The notes under the pieces are model-generated. The model ran no database searches. It had not been told where the DNA came from and saw only the letters and a list, made by a program, of their open reading frames with translations. Both the position numbers and the translations under genes were made by a program. A stretch of DNA of 64,000 nt from assembly GCA_030770535.1 (NCBI GenBank), contig JASVEC010000002.1, positions 620,001 to 684,000 of the forward strand, in the 5' to 3' direction. This DNA is from Batkoa obscura. Taxonomy: Eukaryota. Positions 52,422 to 64,000 of the stretch are shown in pieces (position 1 is the stretch's first letter; every line of letters starts with the position of its first letter).

Positions 52422-52928
52422 TTTTTTTTCTAAGCTTATTTTTATATATTATTCCTTAATAAAACTATACGGTGTTAATATAAACTTTTCCATCTTGAAT
52501 TTTTTAGAGCAGTTTTTATTACAATGTAATTAACTTTTGTTGTTTCCGATCTTTTGGTAGTTAATAGGCGTTTTTGATAAACCTGGAGATTTATTAAATA
52601 ACGTGCTAAAGATGTATATAAAATTTAGAATGATTTGAACTATTGAGTCAGATGTAGTTTATACATAATTGTTCTAATTTATTATAAACTTATAAGAATT
52701 AATTAGAAAATATAGTTAGCAATTAGTTGAAAGTTATATATTATACTATACTATTAATTTTACAAACACTAATATATGATTTTAATATACTGTTAATAAA
52801 AACTACTTTTTATACTTGTATCTAATAATATTATATAAATATTGAATTTTTTTTTTAAATCATTCATAAAAAACATTAAACTTTAAGTTATTTTTTATTA
52901 TTATTAACTATCTATAATGTTTCTATAC

Positions 52929-53025
52929 AGGGGTATATTTCCGTGTCTAAGAATTTCACTAACCACCTTTCCACTCAAATAGCGTCTAAAAGATGGAAAA
53001 AGTAGTAAAGCCAAAATATATCCCT
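52929..53025 (-). mobile_element. MITE copy
   Basis: AGGGGTAT...ATATCCCT, flanks ATAC/ATAT. Confidence 0.8.
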
Positions 53026-53038
53026 ATATACTATATAT

Positions 53039-53134
53039 GAAATTTTTTTTTGATTTCATCACTTTTTCCTTTTTTTTAAAGTATTATTTAAATGGAAAAG
53101 CTATCAGTAAAAGTCAAACAAAAAATACATCCTC
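53039..53134 (+). mobile_element. Degenerate MITE copy, adjacent and inverted relative to the previous one
   Basis: Shared core, right TIR ACATCCTC, flanks ATAT/ATAT. Confidence 0.75.
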
Positions 53135-53284
53135 ATATATTATAATAAATTTCAGTTCAAATAATTAAAATTTAGCTATATAATATAAATTCATTAAAGG
53201 AAAATTACAAAGCTTAATAAATATTATATAAGAGCGTTTTTTTTATTTTATCGCTTTCCTTATTTTTTGAATAGAAAAATATAT

Positions 53285-53377
53285 AGGGATGTTTTTTTTG
53301 GTTTCATTACTTTTCTACTTTTAAGCGGTACTTGACCAGGAAGATTGTTAGTAAAATTTTAAAAAAAATACATCCTC
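53285..53377 (+). mobile_element. MITE copy
   Basis: AGGGATGT...ACATCCTC, TSD ATAT/ATAT. Confidence 0.85.
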
Positions 53378-54134
53378 ATATCCTCATATTATAATATTTT
53401 TTTAAATATTTTTTACATATTTTAAGCTTATAAGGTTATATTATTAAACTATTTTTAAAATCTTAAAAAATACTTTGTTATTGCTTTAAATATTAAAAAT
53501 AAAATAGTACTTAAGTTATATTAATTATATAATAATTAGTAAAATTATTTTAATGTTTTATCAAATTTTACGTTTTAAGTTATAACTTAATTGAAGTTAT
53601 AAGAATTTTAAAATATACGCTTTATAGCTTAAAGGTAGCTATATGTTTATAAAATCTAATAAAATTATAAAACTTTAAAGCTAATATAGTTTTTAAACTA
53701 ATTTTGTTTATATTAATAGCAAATTCAATTTTTTATTTATAGTTATTTTCTTACACAAAAACAGTTATTGTTTATAAAATTATAATCTTAGATAAAACTG
53801 ATAATTAATAAGTTTTAATTTATATAATTAAAATAAGCTATAATTTATAATTATAAGACATTACAATTTTAAAATATATATTAACAAATTATATAAAGCA
53901 ATAAATATAAATATAAAAACAAATAAGTTAAATAATATATAAGCGTTAATAAAAACAAGGCGCAGGAATGTTCAAATAATTAGAATATGGTAACTTTAAA
54001 AATGATAACTTTTGTATTTGTAATAAGTTTAAATTATAATACTGTAACAATTATCTTTATCTGAACGAATCAATAACAAATAATCATCTAACTCAAAAAT
54101 AAAAATAAAAATTTCAAACTATAAAATACTATAT

Positions 54135-54230
54135 GGGGGTGTTTTTTCTTTACTTCATCACTTTTTCCATCTTTTAAGCGCTATTTGAGCGGAAAAACTG
54201 TTAGTAAAGTTCTTAAAAAAATACATCCTC
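54135..54230 (+). mobile_element. MITE copy
   Basis: GGGGGTGT...ACATCCTC, flanks ATAT/ATAC. Confidence 0.85.
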
Positions 54231-54709
54231 ATACTTTAGTTTATTTTTTTAGCTTTGATAAGCAAATTAAACTTTTAGTTTAAATTTGTTATAAATGAAT
54301 AAAATGCTATAAAAATTTATTAATAGATATTAAAGTAATTCTAATAAAATTCAATGCGTATAATAAAATTCATAACACAATATAGTATAAAACGTGTCAT
54401 GAACTATGATTTTCCTAAAAATAATTCATACTTTTGGAAAAATCAATTATGTTGCAAAAATATGTGGGAATATTTTGTGTTCAGTATTAACTAATTTTAA
54501 GCTCTATAAGAGTGGGCAAAACAGTTTTAAAAAAGATGTTTCATTAAATTTTTTGCTGAAATGTTCTATCAAGCTTTCAAAAAATTACTGTTTAAAAAAT
54601 AAGCTATAAAAGCTATGAATTATATCAAATATTTTATAATCTTTTTGGTGAAAATGCTACAACCAAAGTTCAACTACTAAAGTTCATTTACTTTAATAAA
54701 GTTTGAATT

Positions 54710-57700
54710 TAAAAAGTCAAATATGCGCAAATTATTTATTGATTATATCATATTAACATATATATAAAACAACATAAGTATAATAGATTTTGATCTTATT
54801 AGCTATATTTCAATTGCTTTAAAATCCTAAAGATTTCCTAATGCGACCTTTGCAAAATCATTAACAATCGATAACTGTGGTCTTGATTTAGGTCCCAGAT
54901 TGTCTAATTTAAGTTAGTTCCACACATATTAAGCCAAAGTATCCGTAAATTAGTGGTTACCAACTTTACCCAGTATTAGAGGTCTATAGAATACATACTT
55001 CATGCACAAATTTCAAAATTGATACTAGTAAATTAGACACAGTTCTACGATTAACCTTGTTGTCGAACATCCTCAAAAAGTATCGAGTCATTTAGCTAGC
55101 TAGTACAGGTTTTATAAAGTTGTAAAACATAATGAAATATGATAAAAAGTATTTATTATTATTTCTTTCTTTGCTAAATATTAACTGTTTAGCTTGTATA
55201 GACTTATAAAGTGTAATTCATATCTTGATTCATTAATATACACAACTCTATTCAATCATATTGTGTAAAATATTTGATTGTTATTATCCAGCTTTTCTAA
55301 ATGATTAATCTTCTCTATTTATCCAATTACATTTATTACTTAATACAAGTAGGTGATTTTATGAATTTAAATAGCTACAGATATTATGTAAAATTCTTAC
55401 TATAAGTTTATATACGGTCAAGTATGTGATGTATTTGTTTATAGATGAATATTCAATAGATTTATAAGACTATATGGTCTAGACCAGATAATATGATAAA
55501 AACTATATTATTCTCTAATAGCCGGAATAAAATACAAAGAAATAGCTGTGATTAGAAGTATAATATTTATTAAGTTCATAAGATTATTCGGAGCATCAGA
55601 GTATAGTTTAAAGTATATTTCCAAAATAATTACTGGTTAGTTGATATCATCTTATGGCTTTTTAATAAATATGTAGTATAGAAACGTGGCGGTTATATTA
55701 TACCAAATATCTACTTGGCCTCTTGAAAATATAGGTTAGATCCCCATAATGGATTTTATTAATATAAATAAAAGGATAAGAGTCATTAATAAAGCTATTT
55801 TAACTTATTAATTTTGGTAAATTATTCTTTAGAAACTAATCTTATCAGGCTTTATACTTTATGCAATCATCTGTTTATATAAGTTATTTATCAAGAATAG
55901 CTAAAGTGTAATCGGAATTGTTATGATTTTGAATATCTTCTATTATATAAAAACGCAACTTCAATTACTAATAACATAAAGTTCAACTACAATAATAATC
56001 TATACTGATAGCGATATATATATCATTTACATGAAAGTTGTATTAAAATCTAAACTATTCTTATTGAAGTTTGGAAATAGATAAATCCTAGTTACTCAGC
56101 CACTAAAGTCCTTAATCCATGAAAATTTCAACATTACTAACCTATATTGTAGCATGATTTAGTTAAATTAAAAATGGCATTAATAAAGCACATGACATTC
56201 TATCTGTATGGCTAAATGGGTACTGAAATAAAGTTTTAAGGTAAATGTTCTGTGATACTTAACTATATACATAGTTGTTAACATAAATCGGAAGTAGGTT
56301 TATTAATATGGTTAATGATTTTTTTCATCCTTAATAGCGGGGACGTCGACTAATTTAAACTAAAGTTTAAACTAAGTAAAAGTATATCAATAAATAAAAT
56401 AGATTTTAACATTATGTACTTAACTTAGAATCATAAATTTCTGCGATGTGCTTTGCTATTTGATATTTTTACAAGAAATGGTGGTATGACTGAAGCCTAT
56501 TCTTATTTTGATTCATAAATATAAAGAATATATACATCATTAATTTAAATCTCGATTAAGCATCATACCATAATTGTATTTACAAAATCATTGAGACTTC
56601 AAAGTTAGCATGGATAATTAAATGTTTTCTCTATCTGGGTATTCAATATGCTTATTTTGTTCAAAGATTATAACTTTGATTAAAATGATCTTGACTTTTG
56701 TATGAATTTTTATACATTAGAATTTATTAATCTGTAATACATAACTCATAACTTCGTAAGTTCAAAAATGGTAATCGATAAGCTGCATCTTACTATTGTT
56801 ATTTTATAGAATAAATTATCTATTATCATGATTAGTTACAACTCCTTTTAATCTATAACTAAAATAATTATTTATATAATCGTAAATTTGATGAATAATG
56901 TTTGTAACTATTTAATGTTGTGGATTATTTCTCAAAGACTTAAATGATAAGAATGTTAAACATATGAATAATATCAAAATGTTTTATGTTAACTTTATTG
57001 TAACTATAGCTGAAATCGTTTCTTTATTCACTTATATAAATCAAGTCATTGCTTTTTTAGTACAATCAAATGAAACAGTTTTTTATTCCATATTTTTCCA
57101 AATATTGTAATACTTATCATATAGCTGGTTGCTTATCACTTTATATGGGTAATTCATTAACAATTACATTAAATTGTTATATTAGGAATATAATACAAAT
57201 TACTTTTGCTAGCTAAAAGATTAAGTACCCATCAATTGTGTTTAAATTGCATAAATATTTAAATCCAAAACGTTTAATGTCATAAATAGTAAGTCTAATT
57301 AGGTTAAATTAAAAAATTAAATAATATATATTATATAATAATATATTTGTAATATAATATTTAATATTTGAATATATATCAAAGAATTTAAAATTGGCTA
57401 TTAATAGATCATTCTTCATCAATCTCATTTTGATACTAACTTTGGATGTGAGTAATCTTATTAAGTAACTATTTTCAATTTTAATTAATTAAAGAGTAAA
57501 AAGGATAAATAATAAAATTAAAGTTATAAACAAATAAATAGATATTCACTTTAAAAACATTAAATCAGTAATATCACAGACAAAAACTCCCAAATTGAAG
57601 AAAGTTTATCTATTTTTGGCACAAAAAAGAATTTTAATTATTATTACTATGCTATTTAAAAGTAAACTATGATATAAAATGATTTATCATTAATTAGGAC

Positions 57701-58400
57701 TTGAAGAAAAGTATATAAATAAAGCTTATAAATATCGTTTACTTTAGAATTTATTATTTTATTTATTATATATTACAAGATATGTTAGACTCTATCGAAA
57801 GTTATAAAACTTATACTTATAATTTTACATCAGTTTGTAATAATACTGGCAATAAAATGAAGGAAAGTAGGGATACTAATGGTGCTAGTAACAAAAAAAC
57901 CACCAAAGAGTCTTTGAAAAAAGAGAGACGTAAGATATTAGAATCAATGTATAGACTTAATCCATATCCTTGTAAAGATGCAAGGAAACAGATATCTCAG
58001 CAGCTACAAATGGATCCAAGAGAATTTCAAATTTGGTTTCAAAATCGTAGATCTAGAGAAAAGAAAAAGACAAGTTTAATACCGATAAATACAGGTTTAC
58101 AGTGGATTAATACCATCGAACCTTCTTATTTTTTAAAGCTCTCCTCAAGCTCATCGCCTGAAATGAATGGCAATAATTCTAATTTTTCTCCTACACTATC
58201 ATCTCAAAGTAACTTTGAATCTAACCCTAATACAATAAACCACTCTACTACCACTCCTTCTTCCTCAACTAAGAGTACAACAAGGATGAGTTTGAATTAT
58301 TTACTGATATAATTTATTTCTTTAACCTTATTTTGTATATCATTTCTCAAATAAAATATACAATTGTACTATTAATTTACTCATGTCGACATTTTTAAAA
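54710..58400 (+). repeat. Direct segmental duplication, copy B
   Basis: Colinear with ~48050-52500; the two ATGs are 5894 bp apart. Confidence 0.92.
57782..58312 (+). CDS. Homeodomain transcription factor, paralog 3 (176 aa)
   Basis: Intact ORF, nearly identical to paralog 2 except in the C-terminal ~30 aa; ends RMSLNYLLI. Confidence 0.93.
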   Translation: MLDSIESYKTYTYNFTSVCNNTGNKMKESRDTNGASNKKTTKESLKKERRKILESMYRLNPYPCKDARKQISQQLQMDPREFQIWFQNRRSREKKKTSLIPINTGLQWINTIEPSYFLKLSSSSSPEMNGNNSNFSPTLSSQSNFESNPNTINHSTTTPSSSTKSTTRMSLNYLLI

Positions 58401-59044
58401 TAGTTTTTAATAAACAATATGGTCAAGATGTACATAAAAGTTCCAACGCTTTGGACTATCCCATCAAATATGGCTTATTCATAATAGTTTTATATTTTGT
58501 TTTAATTTATTATAAAGCTGCAAAACTAACTAAAAAGGTAATTACTAATTAATTTATAATCTATAAAACAAGCTTTAAATCCTTATAAAATTATATATTA
58601 TACCGCTATGTATAATTTTAAAAATGTTAATGTATAGCCTTGATACTAAAATTCCTAATTTAAGCAAACTAGTTTAGATCAATTAATTATTAAGATTATT
58701 TTTTATCAACAAATATTTTTATTCATGCATGTTTAATAAAAAGCTGAAATGGTAACTTAAATTACCAAAATGCGAACATGCAGCTTATTATATTAATTAA
58801 CAGTTTGGGTTGTATATAGAATAAGGCTTTATAGTTGTTTTGGGGGTACAAAGGCGGATACTAAAGAAGAGAAAAGCAATCAATAAAATGAGAAACAGGA
58901 TTTCATTTTAAATGAAGTTTTGTTTAATAATATTTGGAACATAAATGGGTCAATCAAAAGAATTTATCCATCTATTTAACTATAATTATTGTGGATTTTA
59001 GAATTTAAAGCAGCACAGTAAACTTGAATTTCTAATAAAAAGAA

Positions 59045-59116
59045 CTTCCTCACGGGGAATCGAACCCCGGCCGTTCCGGTGAAAGCGGAAAATCCTAACC
59101 ACTGGACCATGAAGAA
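59045..59116 (-). tRNA. tRNA-Glu (TTC)
   Basis: TTCTTCA/TGAGGAA acceptor stem, TTCCG-CTTTCAC-CGGAA anticodon arm and GGTTCGATTCC T-arm. Confidence 0.95.
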
Positions 59117-59231
59117 CTATGACTTTAGTAGGATTATAAATTATAACTTTTTAAAACATCATAAACAATATTGTAAATATATTTTGAAAAATACTTTATA
59201 AACTCAACTCATTGATGATTTATTTTATTAG

Positions 59232-60472
59232 TTAGTCTTTATTTTCATTTTCTAAATCCACCACCTCTTCATCAAATAAAGTCACAAATGGATTTTGTTG
59301 GCTTGAGTATGAATGGATCGATGTCTTTGTCAGTTGCGTTTGGTTTTCTCCAATAACAAACTCTAAGTCGTCTTTATTTGATGAATCCCACGATTTATAG
59401 AACATCATTACTGACAACAATAAAAGCAAGGAGTAAAAGAAAGCGCCATCTAGATAATGCTTACTGTTGGCACATATACTGTTATTAAATAAATACAAAC
59501 TCATTTGTGAAGATAAAAAAAAGATCAATGAGATGACTAAATCGCCTAATAAATTAAGTTAATTGCATTATTATTTCCATTTAAAAAATTTACCAATAGG
59601 CCAATATGAGTCAATATGGTACCATAAATATACTATCCTTATTACCAAAAACAATGCTAGCAATACTGGGCTTATTATATATTGAAACACATACATTACC
59701 ACCGGATTTTCTCTTTCTAAACCAGCTTTACTATTGAAAGTAGTTAATGCAATGATCAAGCCAGATAAAAACACTCCAAGCGAAGAAAGACGTGTTGACT
59801 ATTATTAACTTAATAAAAATTATAATAAATAAAAAACAATAATACCCAATTCATAATTGAAATAGATTCTTGATCGTCCAGTTGAGATTTTTTATATCTT
59901 AGTAAAATTGGAAAATAATCGTAATAGGAAGAAATTGAGAATAACAATAAGCTCCATGGAATTGTTATACTAATTGCAAAATGAATACCAACAAAAAACT
60001 ATAATTAAAGTTGTTAATTCTTTTATTGTTACTGCTAATGTTATTATATTACTGTATAGCTATAAGTTCCCATAGGTATTATATTAGTTATAGTAAATAA
60101 TTCTACAACATTATATGCTAGATACAGATAAAAGAACAGATTAATAATTTTTTTCCCTATGTAATATCAGAATCAAATATTGATTTTATTAAAACTGCTT
60201 ACCATTGACAGCAGCGATTTTATATTTGATAGAGTATAAAATAATCATGGTCATAACTATACTGGTTATATATACAAATAATGAGGCTAAAATTGTTGAG
60301 TTATTGGTATTCATATTATAACAGTTGACTTACCTATTTCAAATAAATAGGCGTTCCCAATCTTAATACCACGACTTGAACATAAAGTAAACAATCCAAA
60401 TTGGCTATCAATTAATGGGCATATATTTAACACGGCATTTGAGCATATACTTTTATAATCACCTAACTTCAT
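59232..60472 (-). CDS. CHS7: Chs7-like chitin synthase export chaperone (about 6 exons)
   Basis: N-terminal GDYKSIC....LNICPLI..C.SR and C-terminal IC....HYLDGAFF..L..LLSVMMFYKSWDS..KDDLEF.IG, characteristic of Chs7; 7 TM segments across short exons. Confidence 0.88.
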
Positions 60473-61949
60473 CCTAAATTATTTAAAAAAGACAAAAGAT
60501 AAAATCAAATAAAATCTGTCATTCTATCTCTCATTTTACTTCTTGATTTATATAATTCAAGATTCATACTCTTTATTTTTTAGTTTCTCTTACTTCCTTT
60601 TCCTTACAATTTTAATTCTCAATCGTTACTCTTATTAAATCTAACTTTCTCCTATTTTGCTCTAATTTGTATTGATTTTTAGTCTAAGTTCAATTCAAAA
60701 GCGTTTCAGTTGTCTTTTTTAAACTTTGTCTTTAATATTTTGACTATTTTATTACTGTTGAGATTCTATTGTGATCTATTTAGTGATAGTTTTAGAATCA
60801 CTCTATTTCGTTGGTTGGGTTTTTTAATATGGAATCTATATTTTAGCCTATTTTTAGTTAAATTTTACTCTTGTACACAGGCTAGTTTAAAAGCTTGGTT
60901 CAAATTTTATCCATTTTGAGTTTTGGTAAAAACTACAAATTAAGCATCAAGTGCTATAAAGATAAAGCTATTTTGATCAATTTTAAGATTAATTGTATAA
61001 GGAATATTCTTTCCCAAGTATTTGTATTTTTTTCGAAATTCTGAATGAGCTTTTAAACTTACCTATACACGATTATTTAGATGATAATAGACTCGCAACA
61101 CCTGAAAAGCTTATTTTTATTAAGGTAATTTTGACTTTTTTAGCTTGAGCTAAATTAGGCTACAATTTATTTTAAAATTTTGTATGTTACTTTTGCAAAA
61201 AATGTTTTATAATTTTTTCAAAATAACTTATATGTAATTATGCTTACTAAATAGAAAGTTTGTAGTTGATCAAAGACTAATACTATAATAGCTAAGTTAA
61301 AGCTTTAAAAATTAAAAGCTGTGAAAATGTTATACTTTTAAAACTGATACGAAGTATAAATATCCCGCGGTTTTCATTCATATATCCTTAAATAAATAGG
61401 AGATTTGTTACTATTATTTAGTGCTAATTAACTAGTCTAGTTGAATTTTATCTTGTTTTAAAATATTTTATAAATTTAATACTTTTTATCCCTATAACAT
61501 ATAGGTTAATATCTAAAAGTAAACTTTCAATCAAGGATTTATTTTACTATTTTACAGTTAAGGTGAATCGAGTTACAATCTGTTTTAATGATAGTTTTAT
61601 TTTTTAATATAGTAGCTTCTGTAAGCATTTTAGTGTATTGTGTATATTTAATTTATATAACTATAGTGTCATAATTCTAATTGTAATAGTTTATCAACGG
61701 GTAGCTTGATGAAATAATGTACTCAATGAAAGAGGAGTATGACTTCATTGAGCTTTACCCTAGAAAGAAAGTACTATGTTTAGGCCCAAAGGTCGATAGT
61801 AAGTTGATAAATAACATTAATTAAAACTTATATTATAATGTACATCAGTTTCATTTAAAAATTAAATAGAGGTAGCTTATTTATTTGATATTACAAGTTT
61901 GATTATAATAATTTACATAGTATTTAAAAAGATTGAAAGAGATTAGAAA

Positions 61950-62796
61950 TTAAAGAATAGTGCAACATCCACCCTTAGCCTCTTCAACTACTTCAGGTAC
62001 TGCATCTGCTTGTTTATCAGCTTCTCTACGACGGACGATTTCTCTAATTAAGTTAGAAAAAATCAATTCAATATTAATTCTTTCCTTTGCTGATGATTCA
62101 ATAAATAAAGCGTCAATAGATTCAGCATACGCTTTAGCATCTGCCTCAGTTACTTCTCTAAGATCTTGTAAATCGCATTTGTTTCCCACCAATATCATAG
62201 GGCACTAAAAATAAATCATTATAGAATACTATATAATACTAGAAAAGTAATTTACAGGTATTTCTTCACGCGCTCTCATGACCTGGGAACGAATAGAATT
62301 CAATTCATCAAACGAAGATTTTAAAGTTATTGAATAGACTAATAAGAATCCATCACCACCTCTCAAGAATTTATCTGACCATAGCCCACTATTTAAAATA
62401 TTAGTATTTCAAATAAATTTCAGTCATCTTATCCTACCGATATTCTTCTTGCCCAGCGGTATCCGTGATATCTAACTGATATTCTACACCATCGACAGTA
62501 AAATTTTTACTGTATGAATCCTCTATTTAAATGTTAGTATCAAAATGATTATTGTATAGATAAGCTTACCAATTGTAGGATCATACCTGAATTGTAAATA
62601 GATATAAAAACAAGGTAAGTAAAACATAATAAAGATGATAATGAAATTACTCTTCCATAAATCTAAAATGAAAATTATTATAAATAAAAAACAGATTTAA
62701 TAATAATTACTGATTATTAATAAATGAAATCGTTGTGGCCGATTTACCAACACCACCTGATCCCAACACAACAATATTTAACTTTTCTGTAAGCAT
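61950..62796 (-). CDS. Ras-family small GTPase, divergent (6 exons, two micro-exons)
   Basis: IVVLGSGGVGKS, YDPTIEDSY, DTAGQEEY, NKCDL, ESSAK and C-terminal CCTIL; five GT-AG introns keep frame. Confidence 0.93.
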
Positions 62797-63519
62797 TGTA
62801 TTAAGTCTATTAATAATGGTTGTTAATAAATGTATAATGAATTGAAGTGACGTTACTTTAAATTATCTAATTAACTAAATAAGCAGAAAAAGGATACCAG
62901 TCGTTTTTCCTTAAGTTTAATATTATAAAAGGCAATTAAGTTAGTGAGAGTAAACTAACGAAAATTAAAAAAATAGCAAAAGAACTTCATATAACTATAT
63001 ATTTATATTGAATAATTGTAAAAAATCATCAGCCTCAAACGTCAATCCTTAGTTTGAAAAATTGCTTATTTTTTAATATATGTTATTGATTTAAGATCAC
63101 CAAAGTTTAATTTTAATTGTATTTTATTGCATATAAATTTAAACTCTCATACCCTCGATTTTTTAGCTTAAATTTGTTGATCTTTTTATGCTTTATGAAT
63201 TCCACCAATTAAAAAAAAGCAAGTACTGTTTTATTGATTTTCAATAAAATTAGGTTTATTAAATTTAATAAATTTAATTTAACTGAATCTGATACAATGA
63301 CATTTAAAGTAATAAAAGTTACTATATTTGAAGTGAGGAAGTTACTTCGATTTTATAATTTCAAAAAACTAAAAAAATTATTTTTACTTTAGGAAAATAT
63401 TTAACAATCTAAGATAACCTTACTGAAATTTAACTGTTAAGTAACTGTCCATTTCTACAAACTAATCTCTCATTTTGTATGTTTAACAAACAATAAACTA
63501 CCAGAATCAGTATCAGTTT

Positions 63520-63593
63520 GCTTCGGTAGTGTAGTTGGTTATCACGTCACCCTTACAAGGTGAAGGTCTCCAGTTCGAACCTGGGCTGAAGCA
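63520..63593 (+). tRNA. tRNA-Val (TAC)
   Basis: GCTTCGG/CTGAAGC acceptor stem, TCACC-CTTACAA-GGTGA anticodon arm and GTTCGAAC T-loop. Confidence 0.94.
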
Positions 63594-63884
63594 ATACCTT
63601 TTACTGAAACTGGGCACCTTAGTACTTTCAATAAGGGTGGGATATACCTTTACAAAATGTCATAAATAACCACTGTTGAAAAATTGAACAAATTTTTCTA
63701 AAGTTCATAGCTTGTAGTTGCTCATGACTAGAATAAAAGTTATAAAAAGTACACAAATTAAAAAAACGTTTCTTGTAATTACTCATTAGAAAATAGAAAC
63801 TTAAAAAGGCTATACAGAGTTTAATTTTTTTAGTGTAAAACTCTAGTCAAAGAACTATATTGAATTCAATAATTTTCATTATAT

Positions 63885-63980
63885 GGGGATGTTTTTTTTG
63901 GCTTCATTACTTTTTCCATTCTTTAAGCACTATTTGAGTGGAAACTTTATTAAAATTGTTAAATATAAAAATACATCCCC
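63885..63980 (+). mobile_element. MITE copy
   Basis: Perfect GGGGATGT...ACATCCCC, TSD ATAT/ATAT. Confidence 0.9.
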
Positions 63981-64000
63981 ATATGGTTAATATTACTTGA

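Larger units (their letters stand above)
48050..52500 (+). repeat. Direct segmental duplication, copy A (homeobox gene plus ~3.8 kb upstream)
   Basis: Colinear with ~54710-58400; near-identical blocks ~48763-49166, ~50427-51555 and ~51781-52330. Confidence 0.92.

Noticed and set aside
4973..63980. Dispersed ~97 bp repeat as CRISPR array or tRNA-derived SINE
   Set aside because: Copies are dispersed in both orientations with TIRs and TSDs; there are no regular spacers, A/B boxes or tails.

Overview
Very AT-rich eukaryotic DNA with ~50-100 nt GT-AG introns. The gene set (division-2 chitin synthase, Chs7, Atg22, Rho1) is fungal, most likely an early-diverging lineage (inference). I can support 19 protein-coding genes: Rho1, a MARVEL-like protein, Lsm7, a chitin synthase with ~5 N-terminal ankyrin repeats, an NmrA-like reductase, an ENT nucleoside transporter, a hotdog thioesterase, an Atg22-like MFS, a GH20 hexosaminidase, a secreted TolB-propeller/amidohydrolase, a carnitine acetyltransferase, a divergent ACP-like protein, proteasome alpha-2, a TRIC-like channel, three paralogous homeobox genes, Chs7 and a divergent Ras. 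There is also one multi-TM orphan ORF, four tRNA genes (2x Gln-TTG, Glu-TTC, Val-TAC) and an NmrA pseudogene within an old inverted duplication. About 20 copies of a ~97 bp MITE carry GGGGATGT termini and variable 4-bp, mostly AWWT, target duplications, and one empty site is visible in the window. The best leads are the ankyrin-chitin synthase fusion, the homeobox triplet with mosaic duplicated upstream DNA, the Sola-like MITE family, the bacterial-type secreted amidohydrolase and the degenerate ACP. Exon boundaries and alignments were read by eye; no database search was run.
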